DNA of 64,000 bases from contig JAQTRS010000001.1 of the NCBI GenBank assembly GCA_028711705.1, positions 30,581 to 94,580 of the forward strand, read 5' to 3'. Positions 9,437 through 18,198 of the stretch are shown here, piece by piece. Source of the stretch: Candidatus Moraniibacteriota bacterium. GTDB lineage: Bacteria > Patescibacteriota > Minisyncoccia > Moranbacterales > UBA1568. The number at the start of each line of letters is the position of its first letter. Position 1 is the stretch's first letter. Both the position numbers and the translations under genes were made by a program. A model generated the notes under the pieces. That model ran no database searches and had not been told where the DNA came from. It worked only from the letters and a program-made list of their open reading frames with translations.

Positions 9437-10426
9437 ATGATTTTTATGAATGAAAATAGAGAATTTATAGGATATCTTAAGTATTCTGGAAAGTCTGTAG
9501 AGGGTGGATTTTTGGATGCTAGAAAATCTGCAGAAGCTCTACTTGGTTTTGATGAGGTGTTGCGATATTTTATTTCAGTAGGAAATCCAGATTTTAGAAA
9601 TGTTAATTATGAAATACCGGTAAGGGTTAAGAAGGGGTCATGGGGTATTTGGATTCCAATTGGAATAGCTCTCACTCAGTATTTAAACACGATTGCAAAA
9701 AAAGCTGGATCAGATGGTTTTTTTGAGACAGGACCATCAAAGGATATAGAGAAGATGTTTCGAGGTGCAGTTATTGCTGCACAATGGGTAATGAGAATTG
9801 GGATACATGTTGGCGACTTTGCAAAGAAAGAATTCGAGAAAACCGTGAGGATAAAACAAGTAGGTGATGATATAATTATTGGTGTACCAAATGCTGAAGG
9901 TAAAATATTGGATGTGCCAAAAAAATACTTTGATATATATGTTAAATGTCCCGAGAAGCTTTTTTCAAAGAATGCAAACCTTATAGAACAAGATCGGTAT
10001 TTAGAGATGGGCGTGTTTCAAAATAGTGAGGAAGAAAAGGTCCTCGTAACTGAAAAAGAGAAGAATATTTTTTATAAAAAAGATGATTCTGATAAGGATA
10101 TTTTGTTCCCGGAATTAGAACATGGTCAATTTGTTGAATTAGATGGCGAAATTACTAGAGCAACAGAGAGTACAAATACAATTGGATTTAGGTATAAAGA
10201 TCATACCTTGGTTTGTACTCCAGATAAAGATATAGCGATAGCGATATTCAAAAATAAAATGATTTCACAACAAAAGGAACATTTATTCCCCAGAGTAAAA
10301 ATTCGAGGCATTGTATCTAGAGTAGATAAAGATGGTTTCTTTAAAGAGAGAAGGCCCCAAATCATATTTTATGATATTGAATCGTTGGAGGTGGAAGCAA
10401 ATAATCGAAAGATGACACTTTTTTAA
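9437..10426 (+). CDS. Hypothetical protein (~326 aa), nested between hsdS and hsdR.
   Basis: ORF on the operon strand, AT-rich. An alternative start is at 9446. It ends 10 nt before hsdR. Confidence 0.45.
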   Translation: MIFMNENREFIGYLKYSGKSVEGGFLDARKSAEALLGFDEVLRYFISVGNPDFRNVNYEIPVRVKKGSWGIWIPIGIALTQYLNTIAKKAGSDGFFETGPSKDIEKMFRGAVIAAQWVMRIGIHVGDFAKKEFEKTVRIKQVGDDIIIGVPNAEGKILDVPKKYFDIYVKCPEKLFSKNANLIEQDRYLEMGVFQNSEEEKVLVTEKEKNIFYKKDDSDKDILFPELEHGQFVELDGEITRATESTNTIGFRYKDHTLVCTPDKDIAIAIFKNKMISQQKEHLFPRVKIRGIVSRVDKDGFFKERRPQIIFYDIESLEVEANNRKMTLF

Positions 10427-10435
10427 AGTTAAATT

Positions 10436-13400
10436 ATGACCAAAATATTTGAATCAACCATTGAGGAATTTGTAATCGAACTCTTGCAGAATCAAGGGTT
10501 TGAGTATCTATCACCCGAGGATCAAGAGAATGAACGGCCTGATCTGGGTGAAGTGGTATTGAAAGATCGTTTGAAGCGTGCCATCGATGCTATCAATTCG
10601 GGAATTCCGGAGGAAGCCAAGGAACAGGCTTTGAAGTTAGCTCTGAATCTTCCAAGTCAGAATTTGATGGATAATAATGAGATTTTCCATCGGATGCTTA
10701 CGGAAGGAATCGAGGTGGAAGTGATGGGTGTAGATGGTGTGAAAGGTGAGAAGGTTTGGCTTATAGATTTCTTGCATCCTGAGAATAATGAATTCCTTGT
10801 TTGTAATCAGTATACGGTTATTGAAAATGGAGTGAATAAAAGGCCGGATGTTGTGGTATTGGTGAATGGCTTGCCTTTGGTGGTGATAGAACTCAAGAAT
10901 CCTGCAGATGAAAATGCAACAGTGCAAAAAGCATTTACGCAGCTGCAGAATTACAAGAATGCTATTCCGAGCTTGTTTGGATATAATGCGCTTCTGGTGG
11001 CGTCGGACGGATTGGATGCGAAGGTCGGGACGATTTCTTCGGATATGTCGCGTTTTTTGGCGTGGAAGTCTCGTGATGGAGTGAAGGAGGATAGTGTAAC
11101 TGTTCCGCAAATTGAAACATTGGTGCGGGGTATGCTTGCTCAAGAAGTCTTGCTTGATTTGGTCAGGAATTTTATTGTCTTTGAGAAAGATAAAAAAGAA
11201 GATCCGGAAACGGGAATGATTTCAATAGTTACTATTAAGAAAATTGCAGCGTATCATCAATACTATGCAGTCAATAAAGCGATCACCTCGACAATGACTG
11301 CCTCGAGTGAAGAGGGGAATAGAAAAGCTGGTGTGGTATGGCATACGCAAGGATCCGGAAAATCGCTTTCGATGGTTTTCTATACTGGGAAAGTAGTATT
11401 GTCATTGAACAATCCTACGGTGGTAGTGATTACGGATCGAAATGATTTGGATGAGCAATTGTTTGATACATTTGCGAGTTGCGGACAGTTATTGCGACAA
11501 GATCCTGTGCAGGCAAAGAGTCGTGGTGAACTCAAAGATCTTTTGAGGGTTGCTGGCGGAGGGATTGTGTTTACGACGATTCAGAAGTTTTTTCCCGAGG
11601 ATGGATCGGCGGATTTTGATATGCTCTCGGAACGAAAAAATATTATCGTGGTTGCTGATGAAGCGCATCGTAGCCAATATGGATTTGGAGCAAAGACTCG
11701 TGAAAAAGATGGTGAAGTATCTACGAAATATGGATTTGCGAAGTATTTGCGCGACGCTTTGCCTCATGCGTCGTTTATAGGGTTTACGGGGACGCCGATT
11801 GAAAAGGAGGATGCTTCGACACCGGCAGTGTTTGGAAATTATGTGGATGTGTATGATATCGCGCAAGCGGTAGAGGATGGCGCGACGGTGCGCATATACT
11901 ATGAATCACGACTTGCTAAAGTGCATCTTGATGATGAGGAGAAGGCGCGATTGGATGAGGAGGTTTCTTCTATTACAGAAGGGGAAGAAAGTACGGCTGC
12001 CGAAAGAGCGAAAGCGAAGTGGGCACAGCTTGAAGCTATTGTCGGTCATCGGGATCGGTTGAAGGTTATCGCTTCGGATATCGTAGATCATTTTGAAAAG
12101 CGACAAGCAGTGATGGAGGGAAAAGGGATGATCGTTTGTATGAGTCGAAGAATTGCTGTTGAGCTTTATGAAGAGATTGTAAAGATTCGTCCGGATTGGC
12201 ATGATAGTGATTTGAAGAAAGGTGCGATAAAAGTAGTGATGACTTCGTCTTCTTCGGATCCTGAGAATTGGCAACCACATCATACAAGTAAGCAGGCACG
12301 TAAAGCGCTTGGTGATCGACTTAAGGATACGAATGATACTTTGAAGTTGGTGATCGTGCGGGATATGTGGCTTACGGGGTTTGATGCGCCGTGTTTGCAT
12401 ACGATGTATGTCGACAAGCCAATGCGTGGACATAATCTTATGCAGGCGATTGCCCGGGTGAATCGGGTGTTTAAGGATAAGTCTGGTGGTTTGATCGTGG
12501 ATTATATCGGTATTGCCTCAGATCTGAAGTCTGCTCTCGCAACATATACTGCAAGCGGTGGAAAAGGTGCGCCAACACTTGACCAGGAAGAAGCAGTCGC
12601 CGCTTTGCTTGAGAAGTTTGAAATCGTCGAGCAGATGTTCCATGGCTTTGATTATAGGCGATTCTTTTCTGTGGATACGAGAGAGAAATTGACATTAATT
12701 CTTGAAGCTCAGGAGTATGTATTTGGTTTGGATGATGGAAAGAATCGATTTACACGTCAGGTAGGATTGCTCTCGCAAGCCTTTGCTCTGTCGGTGCCGA
12801 ATCTGAAAGCTATGGCAATAAAAGATGAGGTAGGATTTTTTCAGGCAGTGAAGGCTCGTCTGACAAAATTTGAATCAATCGGAACAGGAAAATCGGATCT
12901 TGAAATTGAGACGGCTATTCGACAAATAGTTGATCGTGCTGTGGTATCGGAAGGCGTGATTGATGTGTTTGATGCTGCAGGAATTAAGAAACCGGATATT
13001 TCTATATTGTCGGATGAATTTTTGGAAGAGGTAAAGCATATGGAGCGGAAGAATCTTGCACTGGAGCTTTTGAAAAAGTTGTTGAATGATGAGATCAAGA
13101 TGCGGACGAGAAAGAATTTCATCCAGAGTAGGAAATTGTCCGAGATGCTTGAAAATGCTATCAAGAAATACCAGAACAATCTTTTGACAACAGCGCAGGT
13201 AATTGAAGAATTGATTGGATTGGCAAAGGAAATTCGTGAAGGTGATAAACGAGGAGAAGAACTTGATTTGAGTGAGGACGAGTTAGCGTTCTATGATGCT
13301 TTGGCAAATAATGACAGCGCCCGTGGTATTTTGGGAGACAAACAATTAGCAGTAATTGCAGTTGAGGTTTTCCGAAGCGTGAAAGGTAATGCAACAATAG

Positions 13401-13552
13401 ACTGGAACCTCAAAGAAACAGTACGTGCTCGATTACGTCGGGATGTGAAACGTATTCTTAATCGATATGGGTATCCACCAGATGAACAGTTAGTTGCGAC
13501 AGAGAATGTCTTGAAACAGGCTGAGTTGATGGCGAGTGAATTAGGGGAGTAA
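10436..13552 (+). CDS. hsdR: Type I restriction enzyme endonuclease/translocase subunit HsdR
   Basis: 1038 aa. The N-terminus [24 protein letters not shown] is typical of HsdR. A nuclease motif ([15 protein letters not shown]) is followed by SF2 helicase motifs (GSGKS..., DEAHRSQ). Confidence 0.92.
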   Translation: MTKIFESTIEEFVIELLQNQGFEYLSPEDQENERPDLGEVVLKDRLKRAIDAINSGIPEEAKEQALKLALNLPSQNLMDNNEIFHRMLTEGIEVEVMGVDGVKGEKVWLIDFLHPENNEFLVCNQYTVIENGVNKRPDVVVLVNGLPLVVIELKNPADENATVQKAFTQLQNYKNAIPSLFGYNALLVASDGLDAKVGTISSDMSRFLAWKSRDGVKEDSVTVPQIETLVRGMLAQEVLLDLVRNFIVFEKDKKEDPETGMISIVTIKKIAAYHQYYAVNKAITSTMTASSEEGNRKAGVVWHTQGSGKSLSMVFYTGKVVLSLNNPTVVVITDRNDLDEQLFDTFASCGQLLRQDPVQAKSRGELKDLLRVAGGGIVFTTIQKFFPEDGSADFDMLSERKNIIVVADEAHRSQYGFGAKTREKDGEVSTKYGFAKYLRDALPHASFIGFTGTPIEKEDASTPAVFGNYVDVYDIAQAVEDGATVRIYYESRLAKVHLDDEEKARLDEEVSSITEGEESTAAERAKAKWAQLEAIVGHRDRLKVIASDIVDHFEKRQAVMEGKGMIVCMSRRIAVELYEEIVKIRPDWHDSDLKKGAIKVVMTSSSSDPENWQPHHTSKQARKALGDRLKDTNDTLKLVIVRDMWLTGFDAPCLHTMYVDKPMRGHNLMQAIARVNRVFKDKSGGLIVDYIGIASDLKSALATYTASGGKGAPTLDQEEAVAALLEKFEIVEQMFHGFDYRRFFSVDTREKLTLILEAQEYVFGLDDGKNRFTRQVGLLSQAFALSVPNLKAMAIKDEVGFFQAVKARLTKFESIGTGKSDLEIETAIRQIVDRAVVSEGVIDVFDAAGIKKPDISILSDEFLEEVKHMERKNLALELLKKLLNDEIKMRTRKNFIQSRKLSEMLENAIKKYQNNLLTTAQVIEELIGLAKEIREGDKRGEELDLSEDELAFYDALANNDSARGILGDKQLAVIAVEVFRSVKGNATIDWNLKETVRARLRRDVKRILNRYGYPPDEQLVATENVLKQAELMASELGE

Positions 13553-13859
13553 TTTTTTAAAATATAGGAAGATTAAAATAATGCGTACTTGATAAGGATG
13601 AATGATTTGAATGAAAATGCGTAGAAGCTATATATTCACGCCACAATACCCGTATAACCCTATCAAAACGATTGCAGAAATAAACCCCCTGAAACCCGTT
13701 GACTTTCCCTTGCAGGCATGCTTCAATAGACGTGTTGTTTGCGTCGCGGTTTTTGCGGATCCAGGTCTTGCAGAGACGGGCAACAACCCATCGGCGCCCC
13801 ATAGGTGATGGGGTTCAAAGAATGATTCAGGTGGCTTTTGAATGGCGAGGAGTAGGAAG

Positions 13860-14174
13860 ATGAATAGGCTCGAAGTGGGTAGGGTGATTTCCTTTGATTC
13901 GGCAAAAGGAAAAAGATTCGGGTATCTCCAGCTGGAGAATGGGGAGAAAATGTGGTTTCATGAGGGTGATCACACCGCTCTTGTGACGGTAGATAAAGGG
14001 AGGCATCGTTTTGTGAAGCGGGTCGTCTGCCCGAAACCGATACGGCAGGGGGATGAAATCTGGTTTGTTCGAGGTTTCGGAAGCTCGGGCAAGGAAAGGG
14101 CGAGGTGTTGGTGTTACAGGAAGCGATCCAGACATACGGATTGCCGAACAAGACAAAAACCTACCGTCCATTGA
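13860..14174 (+). CDS. Hypothetical small protein with a cold-shock-domain-like N-terminus and a basic Cys-containing tail.
   Basis: GRVISFDSAKGKRFGYLQLENGEKMWFHEGD resembles the CSD pattern G.V.wF...KGfGFI...G.dvFvH. The alternative start at 13842 adds a basic leader. Confidence 0.3.
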   Translation: MNRLEVGRVISFDSAKGKRFGYLQLENGEKMWFHEGDHTALVTVDKGRHRFVKRVVCPKPIRQGDEIWFVRGFGSSGKERARCWCYRKRSRHTDCRTRQKPTVH

Positions 14175-14313
14175 AGAATATACGGCATGATTGGGAATAA
14201 CATTTTCCCATAGCCAAACAAGGTTTGCCAAGCATGCGTGCGTGGCAGACCTTTTGATTTTTATGAGGCAATCGATAATCCGTATGGCGAAGTTAGTTTT
14301 GAGCTGATATACT

Positions 14314-15024
14314 GTGAGTATGAGGCTTACGTTAAAAGAACAACGTGTCGCTGATGAAGCGAGGCAGTGGGTTAGATCTCATCAGTTGAATATTATCGAT
14401 CATTTCGTCGGAAGTGTCGAGCCGGTGGAATTTCCCGTATCGATTTTTATGGCAGGGTCTCCTGGCGCTGGAAAAACGGAATTTTCGAAACGATTGATCA
14501 AAAGGTTGGGCGGGAATATCGTACGTATCGATGCGGATGATATCCGAGATATGCTGCCGCAGTATCAGGGAAAGAATTCCTATGTTGTCCATGGTGCCGC
14601 AGCTCTTGGCGTTGAGAAAGTGTACGATTTCGTATTGAAAAAGCGATTACACGCCCTGCTCGATGGAACATTTCAAAAATATGAAAAAGCTACCGATAAT
14701 ATACGCCGTTCTCTGAAGTATGAGAGGAGTATCGATATCTTCTACGTGTATCAGGATCCTTTGGTCGCATGGGATTTTACGCAGAAGCGTGAGGTGGTTG
14801 AAGGCAGGAATATTTTGAAAGGAGTGTTCGTTGATGCATTTTTCGCTTCTTATGAGAATGTGAAAAGGGTAAAATTGGAATATGACGAGGCAGTGCGTCT
14901 CAATGTGGTGTTCAAGGATATTTCGAATCACGATGAAGAGATATGGTATAATGTAGATATCGATCAGATTGACTCGTATGTAAAAATAGGGTACACTCGC
15001 ACAGAACTAGAAAAACGCTTATGA
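14314..15024 (+). CDS. Zeta-toxin family P-loop kinase (PezT/zeta-like)
   Basis: Walker A FMAGSPGAGKT is followed by RIDADDIRDMLPQY, the typical zeta_toxin layout. ~235 aa. Confidence 0.65.
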   Translation: MSMRLTLKEQRVADEARQWVRSHQLNIIDHFVGSVEPVEFPVSIFMAGSPGAGKTEFSKRLIKRLGGNIVRIDADDIRDMLPQYQGKNSYVVHGAAALGVEKVYDFVLKKRLHALLDGTFQKYEKATDNIRRSLKYERSIDIFYVYQDPLVAWDFTQKREVVEGRNILKGVFVDAFFASYENVKRVKLEYDEAVRLNVVFKDISNHDEEIWYNVDIDQIDSYVKIGYTRTELEKRL

Positions 15025-15209
15025 GAAGCATTTTGAATATTTTCAAGAAGAAAGAACAGAAAGTCGATCGGGTATCGGAGTTTTTTCGACATACTTCGAA
15101 AGAGGAAAAGGTGCGGGTGCTGCGCGAGGTAGCCAAAGAGGCGAGCGATGATCAACGCAGGCTTTTGCGGGAGTATGATAAAAGGCTTGGAACGATGCGC
15201 GCCCGATAA
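15021..15209 (+). CDS. Small helical hypothetical protein (62 aa) whose start overlaps the zeta-like gene stop in ATGA. It is a candidate antitoxin-like partner.
   Basis: ATG at 15021 overlaps TGA 15022-15024. The protein is charged and helical (RVLREVAKEASDDQRRLLREYDKRL). Confidence 0.35.
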   Translation: MRSILNIFKKKEQKVDRVSEFFRHTSKEEKVRVLREVAKEASDDQRRLLREYDKRLGTMRAR

Positions 15210-15292
15210 GGTTTGTTTCGAGCGAAAAGATGCTTGGGATAGCGATTATGGCATAATGAAACGCCATATGACTGTGTTTTATGTGCTTTTCA

Positions 15293-15321
15293 TTGACAAT
15301 CGGCGCAAAAAAGGATAAGAT
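15293..15321 (+). promoter_or_regulatory. Sigma-70-like promoter for rplU (TTGACA-N17-TAAGAT)
   Basis: TTGACA at 15293-15298. A 17-nt spacer. TAAGAT at 15316-15321, about 35 nt upstream of the rplU start. Confidence 0.4.
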
Positions 15322-15356
15322 AAGTCTATTACTAAATTTTTGAGGAAAAAACCGTT

Positions 15357-15668
15357 ATGTTGGCTATTATTAAGACTGGTGGAAAGCAATACAAGGTTGC
15401 TGAAGGGGATATCTTGAAGGTTGAGAAATTGGAAGGCGAAGTCGGGGAGACGCTGACTTTTTCCGAAGTGCTTTTCACGGGCGATGACAAGGCTGTGGCT
15501 GTCGGGATGCCTCTTTTGGACGGCGTGACCGTTGAATCCAAGATTCTCAAGCAGGATCGCTCGAAGAAGGTGTGGGGCATCAAGCACAAGCCGAAGAAGC
15601 GCGAAAAGACCAAGTTCGGTCATCGCCAGCCGTATACCGAAGTCGAAATCACCAAGATCAACGCGTAA
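15357..15668 (+). CDS. rplU: 50S ribosomal protein L21
   Basis: MLAIIKTGGKQYKVAEGDILKVEKL is a canonical L21 N-terminus. 103 aa. Confidence 0.92.
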   Translation: MLAIIKTGGKQYKVAEGDILKVEKLEGEVGETLTFSEVLFTGDDKAVAVGMPLLDGVTVESKILKQDRSKKVWGIKHKPKKREKTKFGHRQPYTEVEITKINA

Positions 15669-15689
15669 TCGTTGGGATGGGACTTGAAA

Positions 15690-15717
15690 AAAACAGGGCA
15701 AGTGCCCTGTTTTTTTG
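15690..15717 (+). terminator. Rho-independent terminator after rplU
   Basis: Hairpin CAGGGCA-agt-GCCCTG followed by TTTTTTT. Confidence 0.6.
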
Positions 15718-15726
15718 CGGCCGCAA

Positions 15727-15755
15727 TTGACCGGAAGCGGTTTGTGTGCGATGCT
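15727..15755 (+). promoter_or_regulatory. Promoter of paralog-array unit 1 (TTGACC-N17-GATGCT)
   Basis: The same architecture recurs before each array unit: 16527-16555, 17313-17341 and 18115-18143. Confidence 0.4.
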
Positions 15756-15805
15756 TGGCAGCGTAGGGGCGCACCGTTTCGGTTGCGCGAAGGAAAGTTC
15801 TTTGT

Positions 15806-16465
15806 ATGGGGGTAGGTGTGATGAAAGGAAAAGTGGTGGCATTGGTGCCGGTGAAAGAGGGGAAGCTGTGGGCGGAGATGTTTGAGAATCCGGAGCAGCT
15901 GACGGTGGAAGATATTTTGGGGGTGACTTTCGATCAGAATAGGGATCTGGGCCACCTGCTGAGTTATCTGGATTTCAAGCCGGAGTTCTCCGGAATCCTA
16001 AGAGAGGTGGTTGAGGAATTCCTTGAAACGATGGTGAGGGACCTGTTGCCGGAAGCGATACTCTCGAGCGCATCGTTTGCACGATTGATGTCGGGAGATA
16101 TACGGAGGCTGTATGATCATGATGGCGGGGAGATTGTCCGTGACAGTCTGTATAGGTTTTTCAAAAGACTTGATGATGCCGGTACCGATATCGGCAAGCA
16201 GCCGGCATGCATGGACGACTGCCCATTTCTGGAGTTTGCGATAGTCGCGCATATAGAGTTCGGTCTGGAGGCGTATTCCGAAGCGTTCGGCGCAGGCTGT
16301 CTGGCTCTCAATGAGAATGATGTCGCGTCTTTTCCGCCTGATTCGGGTGAGAATGACCAAAAGCAGCTCGCCTCTCTTATATGCATAATGATGAGCGCTA
16401 CCGAGATCTTGCTCAAGAAGGCGGTCGATATGAAAAAGAAAGCTTCCGAAGCCTTCCCAGTGTAG
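15806..16465 (+). CDS. Paralog-array protein 1 (acidic hypothetical, ~215 aa)
   Basis: Shares the KVVALVPV...WAEMFENPE.LTV.D.L and PEFSGILREV.EEFLE....LPEAI blocks with the next two ORFs. An alternative start is at 15821. Confidence 0.6.
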   Translation: MGVGVMKGKVVALVPVKEGKLWAEMFENPEQLTVEDILGVTFDQNRDLGHLLSYLDFKPEFSGILREVVEEFLETMVRDLLPEAILSSASFARLMSGDIRRLYDHDGGEIVRDSLYRFFKRLDDAGTDIGKQPACMDDCPFLEFAIVAHIEFGLEAYSEAFGAGCLALNENDVASFPPDSGENDQKQLASLICIMMSATEILLKKAVDMKKKASEAFPV

Positions 16466-16484
16466 TTGAAATGGCTGAAATAGC

Positions 16485-16520
16485 GGCTGGCAATCGAAAC
16501 GATTGCCAGCCCATTTTTTT
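16485..16520 (+). terminator. Rho-independent terminator of array unit 1 (GCTGGCAATCG-aaa-CGATTGCCAGC + T-run)
   Basis: Perfect hairpin and an 8-T run. Homologous hairpins lie at 17271-17300 and 18075-18104. Confidence 0.6.
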
Positions 16521-16624
16521 TGCCCGATTGACAGGGAGCGGTTTTTGTGCGATGCTGATCAGGCGCGTGGCGCGCGAGCCTTTCTGGCCGCGCATAAGTT
16601 GGTTCTTTTTATGAGGTAGGTGTG

Positions 16625-17257
16625 ATGGTGAAAGTAGTTGCGTTGATACCGGTAGACGATGGTAAACGTTGGGCGGAGATGTTTCAAAATCCGAAGGACT
16701 TGACGGTGGATGATGTTTTGGACGTAACCGTGAAAAAAGGCTTGGATATAGATAGGCTGATATGGTATCTGAGTTTTAGGCCGGAACATTCCGGAATCTT
16801 GAAAGAGGTGACGGAAGAGTTTCTTGAAAGGGTGGCCAAGGAATATTTGCCGGAAGCGATAGTCTTGAGCGATCTGTTTGCGCAGGTGCTGTCCGGAGAG
16901 GCGGCGAAGGCGTATACGGACATCGATGCGGCCAATGCCTGGGATCGCCTCTATGAATCCCTTGAGGATATCGAAAAGCCGGATTTTGAGCAGTTGGTTT
17001 CGCCTCAGGCCTACGCTTTGCGGGAAAATGCGATCATTTCCTATACGAGTTTCGGTCTGGAGAAATATGAATGGGCGCTCGATGTGGCCAGATATATTTT
17101 CAGTGAAAAGAGCATACCTTTTTTCGCGGAGGAAGTTGAAGCGAGGAATCCGGAGGCGAGCCTTTCTGCGGTAGAGGCGACAAGAATCGTTGCCGAGATA
17201 CTCCTGCAAAAATCGATCGCAAGAACGGTAGGAGGGGGTGAAACCTTTTCCGCTTAG
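16625..17257 (+). CDS. Paralog-array protein 2 (~210 aa)
   Basis: MVKVVALIPVDDGKRWAEMFQNPKDLTVDDVLDV...PEHSGILKEVTEEFLERVAKEYLPEAI is homologous to unit 1. Confidence 0.6.
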   Translation: MVKVVALIPVDDGKRWAEMFQNPKDLTVDDVLDVTVKKGLDIDRLIWYLSFRPEHSGILKEVTEEFLERVAKEYLPEAIVLSDLFAQVLSGEAAKAYTDIDAANAWDRLYESLEDIEKPDFEQLVSPQAYALRENAIISYTSFGLEKYEWALDVARYIFSEKSIPFFAEEVEARNPEASLSAVEATRIVAEILLQKSIARTVGGGETFSA

Positions 17258-17270
17258 TTGAAATGAAGGA

Positions 17271-17300
17271 CTGGCAGCTGATAATCGCTGCCAGTTTTTT
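17271..17300 (+). terminator. Rho-independent terminator of array unit 2 (CTGGCAGC-tgataatc-GCTGCCAG + TTTTTT)
   Basis: Hairpin read from the sequence. Confidence 0.55.
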
Positions 17301-17390
17301 ACATCCCTCGCCTTGACTTTTCATTGCTATTGCGTAATGCTGTATGGCGTAGGGGCGCACTTTCTGAGTCGCGCAGGAACAGTTCTTTGT

Positions 17391-18053
17391 ATGGGGGTAA
17401 GTGTGATGAAGCTATATGTGCTGGAAAGAAAAGAGCCGACGCCGGAAGATCGCAGGCAGTTTATGTTAGAATTGTTTCGGAATCCGGAGGAGCTGACGAT
17501 ACGGAGACTTTCTGATGCTTCCTTCCGATGGAATATCACTTTTGATCAGATATTTCTGTGGTTGGATGCCACCCCGGAGTTTTCCGGGATTCTGCGGGAG
17601 GCGACCACGGAGTTTTTGGAAACGGAAATCAAGGGGATGATACCGGAATCGATACTTTCGAGCGATCTGTTTTCGAGTGTGGTGTCGGGGGTTGCGAAGG
17701 AATTATATGAGGATGATGAGGAAGAGGCTGTTCGTGACAGTCTTGTCGAATCCTTTATGATATTCGATGTTTTCGGTGCCGATGGCCGGTCGTTATTGCT
17801 TGATGAATGTCCGCAGATAGGGACCGCGATTATCGCGTATGTAGAACTTTATCTGGGGAATTATATCGAAGCGATCGGCGCGGCCGGCTTTGCTCTCGGC
17901 GAGAGAGACGATCCTGATTTTTCGGATAATTTTGACAATGGCAAACAGGAGTCGATCGATCGCCTGAGGCGAATCATGGCGGGCTTCATTGAAATATTTT
18001 TGCAGAAAGCTATGGCGAGGCACAAGGGGGTTACGGGAGTTTTTTTCGCGTAA
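17391..18053 (+). CDS. Paralog-array protein 3 (~220 aa)
   Basis: Homologous to units 1 and 2 (PEFSGILREATTEFLETEIKGMIPESI). The upstream 5' UTR is nearly identical to that of unit 1. The longer ORF from 17313 is probably an overextension. Confidence 0.6.
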   Translation: MGVSVMKLYVLERKEPTPEDRRQFMLELFRNPEELTIRRLSDASFRWNITFDQIFLWLDATPEFSGILREATTEFLETEIKGMIPESILSSDLFSSVVSGVAKELYEDDEEEAVRDSLVESFMIFDVFGADGRSLLLDECPQIGTAIIAYVELYLGNYIEAIGAAGFALGERDDPDFSDNFDNGKQESIDRLRRIMAGFIEIFLQKAMARHKGVTGVFFA

Positions 18054-18074
18054 CCGAAGAAGTTGAAATGGTGG

Positions 18075-18104
18075 CTGGCAATCATAATGGTTGCCAGTTT
18101 TTTG
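18075..18104 (+). terminator. Rho-independent terminator of array unit 3 (CTGGCAATC-ataatgg-TTGCCAG + TTTTTT)
   Basis: Hairpin read from the sequence. Confidence 0.55.
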
Positions 18105-18198
18105 CATCCCTCGCCTTGACTTTTCGGTATTTTTGTGCAATGCTTACGACATGGGGGCGCGCTTTTGAAGCTGCGTCGGGTTGGTTCCTTGATAAGGA

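Noticed and set aside
13800-13830. tRNA-like T-loop resemblance (GGGGTTCAAAG)
   Set aside because: No acceptor stem or anticodon-arm pairing could be built around it, so it is probably chance.
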